From NCBI RefSeq assembly GCF_964213995.1, contig NC_135804.1, positions 58,962,001-59,026,000 of the forward strand: a stretch of 64,000 nt of DNA, read 5' to 3'. Each line of letters begins with the position of its first letter. Position 1 is the stretch's first letter. The notes beneath the pieces are model-generated. The model was not told the origin of the DNA. It did no database searches and saw only the letters and a program-made list of their open reading frames with translations. Positions 1-13,697 of the stretch are shown here, piece after piece. The stretch comes from Mustelus asterias. Its lineage: Eukaryota. Made by a program: the position numbers and the translations under genes.

Positions 1-93
1 GAACTAATTAGGGATACAGTGGTGAAAATTATATCACTAAAATGTACTCATAATGCTATGGTGACATTGATTGGTGAAGAATAATGCCCATCT

Positions 94-432
94 CATAGAA
101 ATCATAGAAACCCTACAGTACTGAAAGAGGCCATTTGGCCCATCGAGTCTGCACCGACCACAATCCCACCCAGGCCCTACCCCCATATCCCTACATATTT
201 ACCCACTAATCCCTCTAACCTACACATCCCAGGACACTAAGGGCAATTTTTAGCATGGCCAATCAACCTAACCGGCACATCTTTGGACTGTGGGTGGAAA
301 CCGGAGCACCCGGAGGAAACCCACGCAGACACGAGGAGAATGTGCAAACTCCACACAGACAGTGACCCAAGCCGGGAATCGAACCCAGGTCCCTGGAGCT
401 GTGAAGCAGCAATGCTAACCACTGTGCTACCG
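94..432 (-). mobile_element. HE1-type tRNA-derived V-SINE
   Basis: A and B boxes, V-domain (gggtttcctccgggtgctccggtttcc) and CR1-like tail. Confidence 0.88.
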
Positions 433-1041
433 TTCTCAACTGTCCTCCCTTGTTGAATCCTAGCAATTGACTAGTTCTTTATCCCTAAGTACGAACGTCC
501 TGTTTACGCAGCGACTTACAGTGAATAACTTCCGAAGGAGTTCACGATGGGCATCATTGGAGCATGGGCCAATCTCCTCGCACAGGCGCAAATGAGTGTC
601 ACAGTTGTTTGTGATGTTTCCCGCCACTGCTACTGAAATTCGTCGGGGAAGAACAAAGCTGCATAACAATTTCCATTAGGAAATTTTCCAGCAGGTTCGT
701 CAGCAGTAAAAGGGACAATAACAGACTAGAGTTCAATGATTTCCCATGCAATAGTACTTTGGGGCTGATGAGATTAAAATACTAAATGTTGGAAACATAA
801 AATTAAATATAAAATATTGACCTTATAATGTCTGTAGAAAAATCAGTCACATTACAGTTGGCAGGTCTATTTTGGTGGGTTCATGCTGACTTGATCTTGT
901 GACGTCGCTCGTGTGATGCTTAATAACATCAGAACAAATTCGGCCATTTAGCTCTTTCAGCATGTTCTGCCATTCAGTGAGATAATAGCTGGTCTGAAAC
1001 CTAACATCTCATACCTGACATCCCGTCATGTGACATTTGCC

Positions 1042-1590
1042 GACTGCTAACAAATGTTATAAGAGCAAAACGTGCGGGTGCTGACAATCTGAAATAAAGA
1101 CAGGAAAGACTGGAAATGCTCAGCAGGTCAGGAAGCATCTCTGGAGAGAGAATCAGTAACGTTTCATGACTGATCTTTCAACAGAACTGGGAAAACGGTT
1201 ACAATGTAATATGTTTTGAGCAAAGGGAGAGTGGGGGGGATCGCAGGAGAGACTGAAAGACAGGCGAGTTAACCGTGTAGTGCCACAGGGAACCAGAAAA
1301 ATAAACAATGAGACGGAAGATGTGCCTGAAGCTGCTGTCCGAAAACAGGAAACTCCGAAATATGCAAAGAAAAGGAACAAAATGGGAGATCAGTATTTGA
1401 AATTGTTCAATTTAACGTTAAGCCGGGAAGGTCATAAAGTTCCTAATCTATAGATGAGATTCTGTTCCCGCAGCTTACATTAAGTTTTCAATGGACATAT
1501 GCATCAGGCCGCTCACCGACAGGTCAGCGTGTGAGCAAGGTGGAGAATTAAAATGACTTCTATTAGTAGCTCGGGGGCATGTTTGCAAAT
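1042..1590 (-). mobile_element. Old Penelope 3' remnant
   Basis: ctggaaatgctcagcaggtcaggaagcatctctggagagaga...aacgtttc terminal motif, also seen at about 8585-8670 and 26960-27065. Confidence 0.6.
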
Positions 1591-4500
1591 ATTATTGCAT
1601 TTCCATGAGCTGTGCTTCTTTCAATTACCTAGCCCAAAATAAAATATTTGTTTTATAGTGAAGATGTCAATTAATTCAAAAGTGAATGTTGGGTAACGTT
1701 TGAGTAAAAGCAGCTTTTGCTGTGTTCCTAGGGTAAATGGAGGAAGAGTAGGAAGTTCTTCTCGATTTCATAGCTAATATTTAAACCCCATCCAACATCA
1801 CTGAAATAAACCTGGCGAGTATCAGTATTTTGCGGGACTCTGCTGTGCACAAGCTGTGGATCATTTCCTACAACAGTATCTATACCTCAACAAGTACTTC
1901 ACTGGCTGTAAAACGCTTTGTGAGGTCCCATGGTCAAGAAAGGCGGTATACAAACGTTCTTTTCTTCAAATCTTACATATGTAATGGGTATTTTTCAATA
2001 AATTTGATGTGCAACACATCGCACCATCCTCTCTATAGCTTGAAACCTATCTATAAGAAGCATTGAATTGCTTATTGAAGACAGTGTGTGATGGTAGCTA
2101 TAACAGATGGAGATGTGTTTGAACCCTTGGAATAAACTCAATGTTATCTTTCTTTCCGCTACCTTGTTATGTCCTTAAGTCTTCCACAGTGTGTTACTCG
2201 GCTCAGATACAACTTGGGAGGCTAATTTAATATTAGATAGTCAAAATAGTAACATGATATGGAAATGGATCACAACAATAATCGATAAAGAGTTTTATAT
2301 TTCATTTTTATTTAAGTGACTATTTTGATAGTTTAGAGATCATTTTGCAGCGTTACTGTCACTCCTGAAAAGCCTTATTCCACATGTACTGATCAAGCCC
2401 TGTATTGTTGCAGGTGTTCTTCTTACAAAGGCCCAACAAACCATGGATCTTTGCATCTCGTCAGATGGATTGCCATAGAGTTCTCCTTTCTCCTGGCTAA
2501 CATTATTCCCCCCAACCAGCATTACTAATTGCTGATTATCATATTGCTTTTTATGTGACCTTTCGTTTTGCTAATTGTCTGTCATCTTTCTCTAGATTAC
2601 AACAGCTGAAAACTTTCAAAAGTACTTCATGGTTGAGAAGGCTCTGAGGAGTGGTTGTGTTGCTATACGAGTTGTTTTTTATTTTTCTAGTGCTATTAAT
2701 GGGATCTTGCGATTAGAAAATGTGTTTCCAGGTTTGTCTACTTCAAAAGCAATTAATGTGAAGCACATCGGGACATTTCAGAAGCGATGTAGTGTTGTGT
2801 TTCATATGAATGCAGGTCGTTCTATCTTTCATCACGGAGGCATAGCTGAAAAAAATGAAAAATTGACAAGAATTTGGAATTTCCAAGCATTCTTGGAAGT
2901 TAGTGAATCAAATGTTTGTTAAACACATTATGATGGTTCAGTCGCAGGTTCATGGTTGATGCCACAGCATTCAGCAACAAGCTTTTCTCACTGTCAAAAT
3001 AAAACTCCCACTTCTAATGTAAACCCAGAGCCCGGGCTCCACTGGATTCCAAAAAATGGATGGACGTTCCACTGCTGGGATTAGAGATTGCTTCCTCATT
3101 TGGGCGAGTTTAGGGCGAGGGGGCACTGTTTTGAAATTAGGGGTCGCCCTTTCAGGGCAGTGATTAGTTTTTTTGTCTCTCAGAGAGTTGTGCAACTTTG
3201 GAACTCCCTGCCTGAGAAGGAGGTGGTAGCGGGGTCAAAGACAAAGAACAAAGAAAATTACAGCACAGGAACAGGCCCTTTGGGCCTCCAAGCCTGCAAG
3301 GACTATGCTGCCCAACGGAAATAAAAACCCCTACTATTCCGGGGATTATATCCCTCTGTTCCTACCCTATTCATGTATTTGTCAAGATCCCCTTAAATGT
3401 CACTATCGTATCTGCTTCCACTGCCTCCCCTGGGAGCGAGTTCCAGGCACCCACCACCTTCTGTGTAAAAAACTTGCCTTGTACATCTCCTTTAAACTCT
3501 GCCCCACGCACCTTAAACCTATGCCCTCTAGTAATTGACTCTTCCAGCCTGGGAAAAAGCTTCTATCAACTCTGTCCATGCTACTCATAATCTTGTAGAC
3601 TTCTATCAGGTCGCCCCTCGACCTCTGTCGTTCCAGCGAGATCAAACCAAGTTTCTGCAACCTTACCTTATAATTAATGCCCTCCGTACCAGGCAACATC
3701 CTGGTAAATCTTTTCTGTACCCTCTCCAAAGCCTCCACATCCTTCTGGTAGTGTGGCAACCAGAAATGAACACTATATTCCAAGTGCGACCTAACTGAGG
3801 TTCTATGAAGCTGCAACATGACTTGCCAATTTTTAAACTCAATGCCCCGGCCGATGAAGCCAAGCATGCCATTTGCCTTCTTGACTACCTTATCCACCTG
3901 CGATACCACTTTCAATGACCTATGTACCTGTACATCCATATCCCTCTGCCTATCAATACTCTTCAGGGTTCTGCCATTTACTGTGTATTTCCCATCTGTA
4001 TTAGACGTTCCAAAATGAATTACCTCACATTTGTCTGGATTGAACTCCTTCTGCCATCTCACCACCCAAGTCTTCAACCGATCTATATCCTGCTGTATCC
4101 TCTGACGGTCCTCATCGCTATCCACAATTCCACCAACCTTTGTGTCATCTGCAAACTTACTAATCAAACCATTTTCCTCCAAATCATCTATATATATTAC
4201 AAACAGCAAAGGTCTCAGCACTGATTCCTGAGGGATGCCACTTGTCAGCGCCCTCCATTCAGAAACACACCCTTCCATTGTTATCCTCTGTCTTCTATGA
4301 CCAAGCCAGTTCTGCATCCACCTTGCCAGCTCACCTCTGATCCCGTGCGACTTCATCTTCTGTACCAGTCTACCATGAGGGACCTTGTCAAAGGCCTTAC
4401 TGAAGTCCACGTAGACAACACCCACTGCCCTACTCTCATCAATCATCTTCATCACTTCCTCGAAAAACTCAATCAAGTTAGTGAGACACAACGTCCCCAT

Positions 4501-4702
4501 CACAAAACCATGTTGCCTCTCGCTAATACATCCACTTATTTCCAAGTAGGAGTAAATCCTGTCTCGAAGAATCCTCTCCAATAATTTCCCTACGACTGAC
4601 GTAAGGTTCACTGGCCTGTAATTACCTGTATTATCCTGGCTGCCCTTCTTAAACAAAGGAAAAACATTGGTTATTCTCCAATCCTCTGGGACCTCCCCTG
4701 TA

Positions 4703-6546
4703 CAGTAAGAAGTCTCACAACACAGCTAGTGAAAAAGGTTGGATCTCATGGGATAAAGGGGGAGGTGGCTAGATGGGTGGAGAACTGGCTTGGTCACAGA
4801 AGACAGAGGGTGGTAGTGGAAGGGTCTTTTTCCGGCTGGAGGCCTGTGACTAGTGGTGTTCCGCAGGGCTCTGTATTGGGACCTCTGCTGTTTGTGATTT
4901 ATATAAATGATCTGGAAGAAGGAGTAACTGGGGTGATCAGTAAGTTTACGGACGACACAAAACTGGCAGGACTTGCAGATAGTGAGGAACATTGTCAGAG
5001 GCTACAGAAGGATATAGATAGGCTGGAAATTTGGGCAAAGAAATGGCAGATGGAGTTCAATCCTGATAAATGCGAAGTGATGCATTTTGGTGGGAATAAT
5101 GTAGGGAGGAGCTACACGATAAATGGAAGAACCATAAAGGGTGTAGAGACGCAGAGGGACCTGGGTGTGCAAGTCCACAGATCTTTGAAGGTGACGTCAC
5201 AGGTGGAGAAGGTGGTGAAGAAGGCATATGGCATGCTTGCCTTTATAGGACGGGGCATAGAGTATAAAAGTTGGGGTCTGATGTTGCAGATGTATAGAAC
5301 GTTGGTTCGGCCGCATTTGGAATACTGCGTCCAGTTCTGGTCGCCACACTACCAGAAGGACGTGGAGGCTTTGAAGAGAGTACAGAGGAGGTTTACCAGG
5401 ATGTTGCCTGGTATGGAGGGGCTTGGTTATGAGGAGAGATTGGGGAAACTGGGGTTGTTCTCCTTGGAAAGACGGAGGATGAGGGGAGACTTAATAGAGG
5501 TGTATAAAATTATGAAAGGCATAGATAGGGTGAACGGTGGGAAGCTTTTCCCCGGGTCGGTGGTGACGTTCACGAGGGGTCATAGGTTCAAGGTGAAGGG
5601 GGGGAGGTTTAACACAGATATCAGAAGGACATATTTTACACAGAGGGTCGTGGGGGCCTGGAATGTGTTGCCGGGCAAGGTGGTGGAGGCGGACACACTG
5701 GGAACGTTTAAGACTTATCTAGACAGCTATATGAACGGAGTGGGAATGGAGGGATACAAAAGAGTGGTCTAGTTTGGACCAGGGAGCGGCGCGGGCTAAT
5801 TGTTCTTTCTTTCTCGTTTCAAGGCTTCATTTTATGATCATCTTGCTGGTGCCAGTACAGAGCGAGACTGCGGATAGTTGGGAACCTGTCTCGGGGGCAG
5901 GGAATTCAGATGGTGTTCGTAAAGCAGAAGTGGAAATGAATAGGGTTGGGAAGCATTTTCTGATCAGGGCCAGTGTGATCTCCTGGACTCGTTTCGATCG
6001 CCTCAGGGGGTCGGAGAGGAATTTCCCAGATTTTTTTCCCCCATATTGGCCCTGGGGTTTTCACTCTGGGTTTTCGCCTCTCCCTGGAGATCACATGGTC
6101 TGGAATGGGGGGGGGGGTGGGGGTGAGTTAATAGGTTGTGATGAACAAAGCATCATAGCTGTGAGGGACAGCTCGGTGGATAGGATATTAGGATGTAGAT
6201 AGGCTGGAAAATTGGGCGGGGATCCTGGATTCAGGATTCAATCCTGGACCGGGGAGCAGCGCGGGCTTGGAGGGCCGAAGGGCCTGTTCCTGTGCTGTAT
6301 TGTTCTTTGTTGTTGTTGTTGTTGAACACCAGGTTAAAGTCCAACAGGTTTATTTGGTAGCACAAGCCACAAGCTTTTGGAGCACTGCTCCTTCATCAGG
6401 ACTCACAGGACTTACCTGTTGAAGGGGCAGTGCTCCGAAAGCTTGTGGCTTGTGCTACCAAATAAACCTGTTGGACATTAACCCAGTGTTGTGAGACTTC
6501 TTACTGTGTTTACTCCAGTCCAACGCCGGCATCTCCACATCATGAT
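4703..6546. mobile_element. Penelope-terminus palindrome split by the CR1 insertion
   Basis: cagtaagaagtctcacaacac...caggttaaagtccaacagg arm plus an inverted arm at about 6412-6506. TSD ctcccctg(t/c)a at 4693-4702 and 6547-6556. Confidence 0.85.
4724..6324 (+). mobile_element. Young 5'-truncated CR1 LINE with long 3' UTR
   Basis: Uninterrupted 347-aa RT C-terminal ORF (SGVPQGSVLGP, FTDD), (TTG)n tail, and TSD aacac at 4719-4723 and 6325-6329. Confidence 0.93.
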
Positions 6547-9500
6547 CTCCCCTGCAGCCAGTGAGGATATAAAGATTTCTCTCAAGGCCCCAGCAATTTC
6601 CTCCCTTGCCTCTCTCAGTATTCTGTGATATATTCCTTCAGACCCTGGGGACTTACCTACTTTAATGTTTCTGAAGAACCCCAATACCTCCTCCTTTTTG
6701 ATCTCAACATGATCCAAATTATCCTTCTCTTTGGTGAATACTGATGCAAAGTGGTCATTTATACCCCACCCATTTCCTCTGGCTCCACGTGTAGATTCCC
6801 TCCCCTGTCCTTGAGTGGGGCAACCCTCTCCCTGGCTACCCTCTTGCTCTTTATATATGTATAAAAAATCTTGGGATTTTCCTTAATCCTGCTGGCACAT
6901 AACTTTTTGTAACCCTCCTTACTCCTTGCTTAAGTTTCTTTCTACTTTCCTTGTATTCCCCATTTGCTTCGTGTGTTGCCAACCTCCCAGCCTTGACAAA
7001 TGCTTCCTTTTTTTTCTTTGACTAGGCTTACAATATCTCTCGTTATCCAAGGTTCCCAAAACTTGCCAAATTTATCCTTCATCATTACAGGAATGTGCTG
7101 GCCCTGAATTCCTATCAACTTACACTTGAAAGCCTGCCTCATACCAGCTGTTGATTTGCCCTCAAACATCTGCCCCTGATCTATATTCTTCAGTTCCTGC
7201 CTAATTTTGTTGTAATTAGCCTTCCCCCAATTTAGCTCCTTCACTTGAAGACTGCATTTATCTTTATTCATCAGTACCATAAAGCTTACTGAATTGTGGG
7301 CACTGTTTCCGAACTGCTCCCCTACCAAAACATTGACCAGCTGGATGGGCTCATTCCCCAATACTAGGTCTAGTATGGCCCCTTCCCTCATTGGACTATC
7401 TACATACTGTTTCAAGAAGCCCTCCTGGATGCTCCTTACAAACTTTGCCCCATCCTCGCTCCTAGCACAAAGTGAGTCCCAGTCAATATAAGGGAAGTCG
7501 TGTGCGGGTCATTTAATTTTTAAAATATATTTGTGTGTGGGCCATTTGGATCTTTTTAAGGTAGAGATAGATATATTCTTGTTAGGCAAGGGAATCAAAG
7601 ATAGATGGGAATGTGGAATTCGAAACACAAACTGGTCAACTTGTTGAATGGCGGAGCAGGATCGATTGGCTGAATGGCCTGCTCCATTTCGTATGCATGA
7701 GGTACTTGAGGACATTGATAATTACCCGTTGTCTGCCTTGTTTTACAGAAGATAACTGTGTGCATGAAAAGGAGAGATGGGTTCCTTATCATACGACCCT
7801 GCATCATATTATTTGTGTCCTGCCTACCATGCATGTGGGAATATGCTTGATTTCAATGAGTGCCTTACAATAGCAACGTGGTGTTGAGAAGTTCAGTGAA
7901 CCTGAATATAAAAGTTTAACACCGCCCCTCAACATGTTGCTTGTGTCCTTGCTTATATTTACCATTCAAACAACATCACTACAATAGATAATCTGTTTTT
8001 TATAATGTTTCTGTTTGTGGGACTTCGTTGTGTGCGGCATTGTTAGTACGTTTCCTATATTACAACAATGATGACATGTCGAAAATTGGTTGTAAAGCGC
8101 TTTGAGGCCTCAAGGGGTCGTGAAATGCGGTAAAAAAACCGTTTGTGAATTCACTTTACTATATTCTGCCATAACAAGACCACCCTTCTTTAGAGAAATA
8201 TAATCCAAAATACTGGACCACAATATGCACAATGTGAGCTTTCTGAATGATAACTCGAGAACAGCTGAGTATATTCGTCCATTTTCCCAAACAAGCCCTC
8301 ACTTGATGCAATCTATTTTACGTTGAGAGGACGGCACAGAGCGAGATATTTCTCCAGACCTTGTCATTTTTACAGTGATTGCTGTGAAAACAAGTCAAAT
8401 GATTGATTATACAGCGTGTTCAGAAAATAAATTGCACATCTCTAGTTAATTATATTTCACACTGACTATTAGCTGATGGGGCTTGTTAACTCAGTTGGCC
8501 AGCGAGCTAGTGTGTAGTTCAAAATAACACCAACAGCATGGGCTCGATTAGGTTTCTAGCTGAAATAAACTTGAGACTTTAAGACCAGAAGTGCTGGAAA
8601 AGCTCAGCAGGCCCGACTGCATCTGCGCAGCGAGCAACATGAGTCGAAATTTTGAGTCCAATATATGATTCTTGCTCGAAACGGCTGAGCCCTCGCCATT
8701 GAAAGTGGGAGGAGATGGCAAGGCGACCCACTTTCCATATCCTGTTACAATGGCAAAACCAGCGATTAACGAGCCAAGGACCTGCCTTCGGACAGAACAC
8801 TAACATTAATGATGATTTAGTTGATATCGGGGTGATTGCTTAATTTTTCAGAATCAGCATGCGCGGAATTGCTAAACATAGATTTCGCAGAACATCTATG
8901 GAAATGTTTGGATGACAGATACGGCATTTTAGCAAAATTTCTCAAATTCAGACCACCAAACGAAAAACAGCAAGTACTGTGAGACTTGCATGTCCTGAGA
9001 TGAGCGCAACCTCTAACCGCAAGTGTTTCCATTATGCCATTGGCAGAATCGCCGTGCAGTTCTATTCTCTGAGTGCAATGCATAGCTAAATAAGGAAATC
9101 AGCTACAAGATTAAATGTATTTTTATAGAAGTTGCAAAAGTTCAAGCTTGAGCAACAGCAATCGCATGTCAGAAACAACATTTAAAATAGATGTATCTGT
9201 GGCGAAAGGCCTTCATCAGAATGCAACACGTTACAAATAAGTATTTAAAAAGGAACAGAACACATGGAAGGGGAGGCAAACGCACGCATAAAAGACAACC
9301 ACACACAAACACACACGCACCATCAACAATAAGACACAACCAAACCACCTTCGAACAGTAAGGCATACATGGGCGCTTCACAGGGAACATTACGGAACAC
9401 ATTCTAACACTAAGCAATGTGAGATACAGGCAGCCAATAGCTTGTTCAAAGAGGTCAGCTTTAAACGAGGAGAAAGAGTTGGGTAGTTTTGGGATGGAAT

Positions 9501-9769
9501 TTCAGAATCATAGTTTGTGAACCACGCAGCTAAGACATGGCCGAGTGATCAAAATTGGAGGTGAATCAGGGGCCAGAATTGGAGGAGGAGCAAGATCCTA
9601 ACGGCATTTGAAAACACGGATGAAAATGTTAAAATAAATGCATTGGCGGATCAGATCAACGGTCATCGGGCGATAATTCAATGGGTATCAGCACCTGATC
9701 TGCACGTTCATAAACAGGCATACACATACGTATACTTAAGCACACACAGATACAAATACACGCACAGCG

Positions 9770-10200
9770 CAAAAAGGCCGTTCGGCCCATCAAGTCTGCA
9801 CCGACAAAAGTTAGCACTGAAGTCGCGCGAATCCTATTTTCCAGCCCTTGTCCCATATACTTGAATATTATGATGTTTCAAGTACTCATCCAAATGCTTT
9901 TTAAAGGTTGTAAAGTTTCTAGCCTCGATTATCTCCCTGCATTCCAGATTCCCACTACCCTCGGCACGATTTTTTTTTCTCAAATCCACTCGGAATCTCC
10001 TGCCCCTTACACTAAAACTATGTCCCCTCATGATTGACCCATCAACCAAGGGGAAAAGCTGCTTCCTATTCACCCTGCACATACCCGTCATAATCTTACA
10101 CACCTCAATGATGACCTCCTTCAGTCTTTTCTGTTCTTAGGAAAACAATCCAAGCCTATCGAGTCTCCCCTTGTAGCTGAAATGCTCCATCCCAGGCAGT
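9770..10200 (-). mobile_element. CR1 3' fragment
   Basis: RGHSFSVRGRRF and TFKKHLDEYL peptides plus CR1 tail. Confidence 0.8.
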
Positions 10201-10309
10201 TATAAACATCCGCGACAGAGTTCTGTATACACATAACACGTCAATAAATTGAGAGGGCAAGTGAAGAGGAAAATAAGACTGACACAGCGAGAGTATAAGA
10301 ATTGAATGT

Positions 10310-11935
10310 CAGTTATCAGAAAAGAGCACTCAAAGGTCTTATATTGGCCTGTAAATAGCAAGCAGATAGTAAGAGACCGTATGGGGCCTATCCGAGGGCC
10401 TATTAGAGTGATGTGTGTTTGGAGCTGTGGTGCTATACTTAATGAATACTTTGCCCCATGTTTAAAAAGAAGAGAATATTGACAAAACCTCGACAGAAGT
10501 GGAGATGGTAGAGGGAATAACGGGCGTGAAAACTCATTGCTAGAATGTACTGCAAATGCTGTTGACGCTAAGGTTGCTTGGTCTAGGTAACTTGTCCTTC
10601 AGATTGCTGAAGGAAGTAGAAATAAAGATAGCAGAAGACCTTGCCATAATCTTGAAACTTTCCCAGATACAGGGAAGGGGCCAAAAGTTGGTGAGTAGAA
10701 AACATGGCATCCTTATTCAAGAAAGTGGATAAGGGTCTGACTTGGAACTGATGGCTGGCCAGTTAACATTAGAAGTGGACAAAGTGTTAGAAATAATAAT
10801 CAATGAAAATTTAACAGGCACTTGGCGAAGTTAAGGGATCCAGATAGATATATAAAAGGCAGATCATGCTTGATTAATCTAATTGAAAATTTTTGATGAA
10901 ATAACAGAGCGGGTTCATGAAGGCAATGTGATGACAATTGTTTGTGTAGAATTTAAGAAAGCATGTGACAAATTACCATGTGAAAGGTTGGCTTCAGAGT
11001 TTGATGTTCATGGAATATGAGGATCATTAATTAGCCTGGGTAGAAAGCTGCCTTAAGGAAAAATAATACATTGTTTATATATGTATGTATTCTAGGATAT
11101 TGAAATGTAAAATTAAATTTCAACATTGTAGGTTTGGTAGACCATGGGAATAATACCAACCTCGTACAACAGGGCATGGATAGTCAAGATGAGTGGGCCA
11201 ACGAGGGGCAGAAAGAATTTAATGCCGAGGTGCGAGGTGATGCACTTTGGCAGAAAAGATAGAAAAAGCCAACATTGACTTTATGATTAAGTTCTGAAGA
11301 TTAAGCAGGGACAGAAATACTTGGAGTTTCCTATGCAGGACATATTTAGAGAGTAGTATGCAGAGTATATGGGATCTTGGGTTTCATAAATAGAGCTTTT
11401 GATTACAAAAGCAAGGCGGCTATGCTGAAAGATTTTAACACTCTGGTTGGGTGAGAATTAAAGTATTGCATTCAGTTCCTGTTACCATACATTCAGAAGG
11501 ATCTCTGATCCTTGTGAAGATGCAGAGGAGATTGATTAGAATGATCCCAAGGATGCAGAATTTTAGCTACAATGTTAGGTTGGATAAGCTGCAATTGTTC
11601 TCTTTGGAGAAATGGAAATGGAAGGGAGATCGGATAGAGGTATACAAGGTATGATAGGTATAGATCAAATAGATAAAACAAAGTTGTGTCGATTAGTTGA
11701 CAGAACAAAGACTGAGGGCACAGACTGAAGGTTTTGGGCAAGAGATGCTGGGGTATCTAAGGAAGAGCTTTATTGTGCAGTGAATGGTAATTGCCTGCAA
11801 CTTGCTATGCACAAGAGTGCTGGAAATGAAAATGATTAATAATTTCAAAAGGAGATTGGGTGTATTCTTGGAGGAAATAAGTTTGTAGGGCTTATAGAGA
11901 TAAAGTAGGGGGATAGGCCAGGTTTGATTGCCACA
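10310..11935 (+). mobile_element. Highly degenerate CR1 ORF2 fragment
   Basis: Remnants such as QRRLIRMIP and LFSLEK, with many stops. Confidence 0.75.
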
Positions 11936-12057
11936 ATATTTGGCATTCACACACATTCACAAATAAGGGAAGGCTTCCATTTATGTCTTTCACAATCTCT
12001 AACATCCCCAAAATATTTACAGCTAATGAAGTGTAGCCACTGTTGGAATGCAGGAAA

Positions 12058-12087
12058 TACACACACATACACACACACACACACACC
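12058..12087. repeat. (CA)n microsatellite
   Basis: Directly visible. Confidence 0.9.
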
Positions 12088-12203
12088 TATTTTGTCCTCT
12101 CTCCTCCCTTTGATCTATGGAATACAGTTTCACAAGGTGAGGGTAACCATGGCCCCCATCACTACACAGACTGCCTACCTGCCCACGTCTACCTTCGGAA
12201 TAT

Positions 12204-12512
12204 CATAGAATCCAGCAGTGCAAAAGGAGGACACTTGGCCCATTGAGTCAGCACGACTCTGACAGAGTATCATACGTAGGCCCTATCCCTGTAACCCATG
12301 TACTTACCCCATTAATCCCCATAACCTACACATCTTGAAGCAATTTAGCATGGCCAATCAACTTAACCTGCACATGTTTTGACTACGAGGAAACCTGAGC
12401 ACCGAGAGAACTCCCATGCAGACAGAAAGGACATGGAGGTGCCACACATAGCATCACCCAAGCCAGAATTGAACCCGGGTCCCTGGCGCTGTGAGGCAGC
12501 AGTGCTAACCAC
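12204..12512 (-). mobile_element. HE1-type SINE
   Basis: Diverged copy of the 94-432 element. Confidence 0.8.
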
Positions 12513-13299
12513 TCCATCCTCATCATATCTTAACCCCTTGCAGCTAAGACAGTTATGCGTACTAATGTTGACTTGCATCATTGATCAATGGGAGTTATAT
12601 ATGAAAAATACAGAAAAATGTAAGAGATTGCCAACCCATTTACACCACTGCATCTCATAATGACCTAATGAATTAAACAGAGGTATTCTTCGCTATCTCC
12701 CCCGTCCCACCAAATTTGTACTTACAAACTGCTTCTGCTCATCCAAAACTCTGCTGTCCATATCTTATCACACACCAAACTCCGATCTTCCTTCATCCCT
12801 AACCTGGCTGACCTACATTGAATCTCATTTCCCCAGTGCCTGGAATTTTTAATTCTCATCCTAATTTAAATTCGTACAATAAATATCTTGTCCTTCCCTC
12901 TCTTGGCAACTTGCCCAGCTAACTGCTCCCAAATTTCTTCATTTTCTTATCTGTGAAATATGCATTATGCAGCCCTGAATCCACTATTGCTTAGCCAACA
13001 TGCGATAAAATTCTCTCAAGCTCTCTGCTTTGACATTCCCTCTCCTCAATTATGATTGTCCTTGATAGCCACCTCTTTGATCAAACGTGCAGTTTCCACA
13101 TGGGCTACAGAAGTTCAAGAAATCTGCTCACCATCATCTTTTCAAGAACAACTAGCGATGGACAATAATTACTGGTCTAGACAGCAATGCTCGTCTCTTC
13201 TGAAAGAATAAAAGAAAATACATCTTTCTTTGACTGGGTGCATTTTTCTTTTTGGTTAGACTTTTGGAAAACACTTCTCGCTGCTTTAAAGGAGTTATA

Positions 13300-13558
13300 A
13301 AGTAAAAGTAAACTAAAGTTTATTAGTCACAAGTAAGGCTTATATTAACACTGCAATGAAGTTACTGTGAAATTCCCCTAGTCGCCACATTATGGCATCT
13401 GTTCTGGCCAATGCACCTAACCAGCACGTCTTTCAGACTGTGGGAGGAAAACGGAGCACGCGGAGGAAACCCACGCAGACACGGGGAGAACATGCAAACT
13501 CCACACAGTGATCCAAGCTGTGAGGCAGCAGTGCGAACCACTGTGCCACCGTGCTGCC
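13300..13558 (-). mobile_element. V-SINE with alternative tail
   Basis: V-domain plus tail ggcgactaggggattttcacagtaacttc, as at 39033 and 62258. Confidence 0.8.
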
Positions 13559-13697
13559 CATTATGCAAATATAAGTTTTCATTTGTAACTTCAGCTTTAT
13601 TTTTCAGTCTGCGTGCAGTATTAGGACTGAACCATTAACTAATCTTTTCATTTGACTGATGTTGATGGAGACACTTGCGGGGGGGGGGGGGGGCGGG

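Larger units (their letters stand above)
3238..7497 (-). mobile_element. CR1 LINE (ORF2 RT), interrupted at 4703-6546
   Basis: ORF 3403-4656 has NYRPVNLTS, DFSKAFD and FADD. More ORF2 fragments run to about 7497. 3' tail near 3238. Confidence 0.92.
3085..7695 (+). mobile_element. Old CR1 3' fragment split into 3085-3237 and about 7504-7695
   Basis: The SQRVVQLWNSLP segment continues after the nested block into a typical CR1 3' UTR. gcggg(g)tca is duplicated at the junctions. Confidence 0.7.

Noticed and set aside
237-466. Short ORFs over SINEs and antisense to LINEs throughout the window
   Set aside because: These are translations of repeat sequence (V-SINE, antisense CR1/Tx1), not genes.
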